Assembly (NCBI GenBank): GCA_963693365.1
Contig: CAVNZM010000008.1
Span: 6,644,830 to 6,708,829 of the forward strand
DNA from: Amoebidium appalachense
Lineage: Eukaryota; Protista; Ichthyosporea
Reading direction: 5' to 3'
DNA: 64,000 nt
The notes under the pieces were generated by a model that saw only the letters and a list, made by a program, of their open reading frames with translations, was not told the DNA's origin and did no database searches. Positions 58,528 through 64,000 of this stretch are shown here, piece after piece. Every line of letters starts with the position of its first letter. The stretch's first letter is position 1. Position numbers and translations under genes: made by a program.

Positions 58528-61500
58528 TGTCGTATCCTATTGTATGTGTACTAGAGACGCGGCACTCTACTAAGTGTACACACACGAAAAGGAACGAACG
58601 TGTACAGGAAAACGGTAAAGTTTATTAAGACCAGGCTCCGACGGGCAAACTTAGATCCGTACGGATTGAGTCTAAGTTACGACTGAGGCCATCAAGGCCG
58701 TGCCCTACAAGATCATCATCACCTGGCCCCCTACGATGCCACATTCCATTAAAATTCCGATCTACTTTTATCGTGCGCCTGCACGAGCTAAGTCGATCTA
58801 CTCAACTAATATATTTAATAACCAAGTCTCACCCCTCACCCTCCCCCTAGTGGCACCGCAGAGTCTAAATCTACATTTCATACTATCCTCCCCCCCCCCT
58901 CCCTCCCCCCCTTTCCTCTACATCTACATATATAAATACGTTTGGCAACATATACTATCAAACCTTGCCAATCCTTACAAAAGGGCTTCTGCCCGAACAA
59001 TCACATTCCTAAGTCCTCCTACGATCTATCCTACACACTAATTAGAATTCTATTGGACGGCTGTCCCGGCTGACGTGGTCCAATGCCCTGCGCCGGCAGA
59101 GGCAAGATGCACGCAGCTGTTCAGCTATAGTATCTTGAGGCCCCGGACTTGATCTTGATGATCTGTGGACCCGGGCCACCCCCCCCCCCCCCCCCCCGAT
59201 CTCGATCGTAGACTTAGGCTAATCTGCTGAGACGGATTAGTATATGTCAACTCCCCCCCCCCGGCCCCCGGAAAAGCTGAGTCCCACCTCAGTCACATTA
59301 CATCTAACACCCCCTAAAAAGACATAGACTAATCAGTCTCCTAAAAAAATTAAATTAAATGAATGACGAAGAAAAATAATAAATTAATCTACACCATAAG
59401 CTTGATACCTACGGAGACACCTATGATAATAAATTAAATTCCTACGACTACGTTCACACTCCTCCTCGGTCTCCTCCCCCCTCCCCCTCCCCCCGTGTGT
59501 CTACGTGTATTTGCATCACTCCCCCCCCGGTCCCCTCCCCCACCGACTTTTTCACACCACGATTAAACTGAGGAATAACTCTCTTTGGCCTAGAGGGAGC
59601 ACTAGGCAACTCCCTCTGCACTAATCTAGCCTCATAAGCACGAATAGAAAACGGGCAATCCAAATGAAACTCAGGCAACCACTGATCTTCCTGATAACCT
59701 CCCTCAAAACGAATTAAATAATAATTTACCTTACCTTCCTTACCTTCGATAACCTTTTTATCCATAATTTTATCTACTGCAGCCTCCGATACATCCACCG
59801 ACCCGTCATAGTCGGGGGTGAATGCATCTAACACTCGACGGCCCTCCGGCCGTTTAACCCTAAGGGCCCTATCATAATATTCCTTTATATCATCTACATT
59901 ATAAAATCTAACATCACTCTCATTATCTAACCTCTGCACCTTATATTCCGTCGGACCTAACCTAGCCACTATTTTATACGGGCCAATGAAAAGAGGCAAC
60001 CATTTCTTACCATACTTACGAAGACCTTCACCTTCACCCTTAACTTCCTGCTCCTGCTTATATCTCTTTTTCCTAGTATGATCCCTAATTAAAACTAAAG
60101 TACCCTCGGCAAATTCACGTAACGGACGTGTGGACACGTCTGCACGTGTCTGTGCCTGCTGTGTACGGGCCAGAGCTGCATCACGTGCAGCCCGGGCCCG
60201 GGTTAGTAGCTGCTCCCGGAACTCAGTCCAGTGGGGATAAGTTAGTCGGTCAGCCCCCCCATCGGCAAAAGTGCCGTATCTAACAAACTAATAGCCTCCT
60301 GCCCATAGACCAAATAAAACGGAGAAAAACCAGTCACAGCATGAGGGGTAGAATTATATGAATGAGCAATAAACCTAGACATATGATCCCAATCATTAGC
60401 CTCCACATCCACCATTTTGCCAAAGGACTTCTGAAACACTGCATGCACACGTTCAGAGATGGCATTTGCTTGAGGGTGATATGCAGACGTAGTGATATGA
60501 GCTACCCTTAAAATTTTACACACCTCCGACACCAACTGATTTAAAAACACACGACTCCTATCCGTTAACAAAACACGAGGACAACCAAACCTAAGACAAA
60601 TTTCATCCACAAAAATACGAGCAAACAAAACGGCATTAGCAGTGGGGAGAGGAAAAACTTCAACCCAACGAGTGGCCACATCGGTGACGGTAACAAGAAC
60701 AGTGTTACCCTCAACCGTAGAATTAAAAGGACCGACCACATCCACGGCTACCCTTTCAAACATACGAACATTAAAATCCCTAATAAACGACGGGCGGGAA
60801 CGAGAGTGGGGACTCTCATTCCTTTCCTGACAATGCATGCATGACAACACATAATCCCTCACCTCCCTACTCATACCCGGCCAAAAATACGAACGATTGA
60901 CACGAAGCAACGTCCTATTTACACCTAAATGACCAGCCATGGGATGCTCATGCACCATATGCAAAACCTCAGGCACAAGTGCCGTCGGGACCCAAACTCG
61001 GTGTCCGTCTGGCCCAGAACAATGATAAACTAAATCCTGCTCTACCTGACACATTTTTGCTAATTTAGCTACCTTAATCATCTGCCTTTTATTTTTAAAT
61101 TTAATCGAATCAACCGGCCCCTTTAAATAATTCTTAACCAGACCAATCAACACATCTTCCTCCTGCGCTAAGATCAAAGCCGTAGGTGCTAAGGCAGGGG
61201 CCGAGCCATGAGACTCGGTCCCGACCTCAGACACTGACAAATACCGCCCCCCCCCTCCCCTACACTTATAAGCAAGCAACCCCGGAGCCCAAGAAGAAAC
61301 ATCAACAGACACAGCATCTATTCCTTTCTGCTCACTCTCCCCGCCCTTCCCCCCTCCCCCCCCCGTCTCTCACTAGCCCCCCCTCCCCCTCCTTCTCTTC
61401 TTCAAACAAAATATAAGCAGCACGAGAGAGAGCATCACAGTCAACCATTGTTTCACCCTTGGCATAAAACAATTTATAGGAGAACTCACCGAGAGCCGCG

Positions 61501-64000
61501 GCCCACTTCTGCATCCTCTCGTTGACCAGACGAGTGGTGCCGGCCATGGCTAGGCAGGGCTTGTGGTCGGTGTAGACCTCAAACGTCCTGCCTGCGAGTA
61601 TATACCTCCATGCCTGTGAGACTGCCCAAAAGATAGCATGGGACTCTCTCTCCGGATTGCTATATCTACGTTCACTTTTACTAAATGAACGACTAGCATA
61701 AGCAATCACTCTATCCTGCCCCTCCTGCACTTGATATAACACGGCCCCCTCAGCAACCTTACTTGCATCACACCGAACTTTAAACATCCCCCCCCCGGCC
61801 GAAAAATCAGGATGAACAAGCATACTCGAAGACTGCAAAGCTAACTTAAGCTTTTCGAAAGCAGCAACAGCATCAGCATTCCAATCAATTCTATTCTTCT
61901 TCTCCCCCCCCGTCTGACTAGTTAACGGCAAAGCAAGCATACTATAATCCTTAATATAACGACGAAGATAATTAGTTAAACCTAAAAATTGCCTTAGTTG
62001 AGTGACAGTCTGAGGACGGGGCCACTCAACTATGGCCCGGATTTTCTCCGGATCAGGGGCAAGACCATTACTAGACACAATATGACCTAAAAACTTAACC
62101 TCCGGCACACCAATCACAGTCTTGCTACCGCTAATACGAAGACCAGACTCACCCAAAGCTAAAAATACTTTTTCACAATTATTAACTAACTCCTCAAATG
62201 ACCTACCTTTAATTAAAACATCATCCAAATAAGGGTGGCATACATCCAAATGAGGGTGGAGAATTTTATACATTACCCGGCACAACATAGCTGGAGAGGA
62301 GAGCAAACCCATCGGCACCACCTTGTACTGGAACAGCTGGTCACCCAGTGCAAAGGCAGTCTTCTCCTTGCTGCTCTCCTCCAACCTTATCTGCCAAAAA
62401 GCTGCTTTTAAATCAAGTTTAGCAAAGTGAGTATAGCCGTGCAGCTGTGAAAGCTGCTCGTCTATGTTAGGGAGAGGCCATTGGTCTGCCTTAGTGATCC
62501 GATTCAGAGCCCTGTAATCGTTCACTAGACGCCAAGACCCGTCGGGCTTCTTAACCAATAGCACCGGACTTCTCCACGGACTCGAACTATGCTCCACATG
62601 ACCCTTTTTTAACATATCACTCACTATTATTAGCGCATCCGACAATTTATACTGCTCCATTCTATAGCTAGGCATCACTACCGGCCTATTATCACCTGTG
62701 TCGATCTGCATTTCAAACCCTTTAACGAAGCCTACTTCGTTATCATCGGCCAGAAATGCAAACCGAGTCCTATCAAATAACTTGGCTAGCAATTTTTTCT
62801 GTTCTACCGTCCAATCCCCCTCCTTCATACCAAACGGCAATACTAACTCCGGGTTACCCCCATCACAAGTGGATGCATCCTTATTCACCGGAGTGCCACT
62901 TAACATTTCACCTCCTGTATTACATCGGTGCTGCTCGGGGTGAGGTTGAGGTACCTCCGGATATAGGCGGTCACCCTTAGCACCCCCCCTCCCCCCGGCA
63001 CACCAATGCCCCCGGGCAATTCCTGATGAGTTAGTGCATGTATGTGGGGGGCCAGGTCTGTGGCCACCCTGCCCCCCACGGTGTTGGTTAACCCGTCAGA
63101 TCCACGGGTTAGACCAACACCCTCCCCCCCTGCCTGCACATTCTCACACCCGGGGTGACCCTCCTTCCTCTTGGGGGTCGGGGGAGTGGGACCGGTGCTG
63201 TCCCGGTCCCCCCCCCCATCGTGTCGGGTGACATTTTGGTGGCTAACGTTAAATAAAGTTGTTCCCCCTCCTCCTGAGTCACCCTTCGAGCCGGCATCCT
63301 CCTTTTGGGTAATAAGAGAGACCTCTATACTACCAATCTCATTAGTGAAACTACCGACGGAAACACCTGACCTAATCACTATAGGCTCGATGCCCGGATT
63401 GACTAATTCTATTTCTATTGTCTTATCCGGCCATACCCTACTAAGGGTCCATTGGGCCACCTCCTGAAATGGGGTTTTCGGAGTAAAAACCCCTAAATCC
63501 CCTATCCTAACATGATTGCCGGCCCGGACACGTACCGTTTGGCACTGATAAGGCTCGATTACTACTTCAGCTACCGTTCTAGCACCAGACTGATAACCGT
63601 CGAGCCCATCATGGGTTTTAATTTTAACGCCGGACTGCAATTCTAAAACATTCGTACGTTCAAACAAAGCATTCACATGTCTACGGAAAAATGGGGCTCC
63701 CAACAAAACACTTTGAGCTAAATCCTTAACCACATAACAAGCAACATGCATAGCCTGGCCACCTATCTCACACGGCAACACACAAACACCTTCCACAGAC
63801 ATACTACTATTATTAGCACTACCTAAGGCTGTGCTAGAAGCATCTAAAATAGGAATTTCCCCCCCGGCCTGATTAAAACGACGAATAAACGAAGCATGCA
63901 CACAATTAACCTGAGCCCCTCCATCGAGCAAAGCAACAGCCTTCAACTTACCATCAGCTAACCATAGGTCTATATAATGCCGGCTAAAACCACCTAAATC
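58528..64000 (-). mobile_element. Ty3/Gypsy chromodomain LTR retrotransposon A2, near intact, continuing beyond the window; 3' LTR 58528-59302
   Basis: LTR TGTCG...TTACA, PPT-like TAGGGGGTGTTAGA adjoining 59303, and pol domain order PR-RT-RH-IN-chromo. Confidence 0.95.
59454..64000 (-). CDS. A2 Pol polyprotein (aspartic protease, dUTPase-like spacer, RT, RNase H, integrase, chromodomain), split by three frameshifts at G-homopolymers
   Basis: LLDGGAQVN; SPWRSPVLLVKKPDGSWRLVNDYRALN; YLDD; CDAS...ERE...YTDHKP...DALSR; HxxxxxxH...CxxC; VDVVGP...LTD...QANAISER; FIGPYKI; VDKIMDKK...YYLIRFEGGYQEDQWLPEFHLDC. Confidence 0.93.

Noticed and set aside
60242-63000. Programmed ribosomal frameshifts in A2 pol
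   Set aside because: All breaks are at G-homopolymers within pol, where assembly indels are the simpler explanation.

Overview
Eukaryotic nuclear DNA with spliceosomal GT-AG introns full of G/C homopolymers and (GT/CA)n microsatellites. The gene content (Rab8, Rac, mitochondrial S16) fits an opisthokont, perhaps a unicellular holozoan, but that is inference. The left ~37 kb holds host genes: the first coding exon of mitochondrial ribosomal protein S16 (-), a 5-exon Rab8 (+), an 8-exon GMC oxidoreductase (-, one apparent frameshift), an intronless secreted/GPI-anchored mucin-like protein (+) and a 3-exon Rac (-). It also holds a 3.2 kb hAT element (11-bp TIR, 8-bp TSD) and a 19 x 87-bp satellite. 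The right ~26 kb is a nested mobile-element stack. An old chromodomain-type Gypsy element (A1) has its gag split by a 7.1 kb unclassified TIR element (37-bp TIR, 3-bp TSD), which itself contains LTR element B1. The same gag is also split by a gag-only LTR element (B2), which contains a solo LTR. A near-intact Gypsy copy (A2) follows. The most notable signals are: (1) both LTR families share a non-canonical primer-binding site, AGCTACACC(CCC/TTT), complementary to a tRNA 5' end rather than a 3' CCA end; (2) gag-only non-autonomous LTR elements; (3) the unclassified TIR element carrying intron-like gene fragments; (4) Rab8 introns built from decayed copies of the preceding exon end and splice donor. 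Most ORFs in the supplied track are low-complexity artefacts. All alignments and coordinates were worked out by eye.
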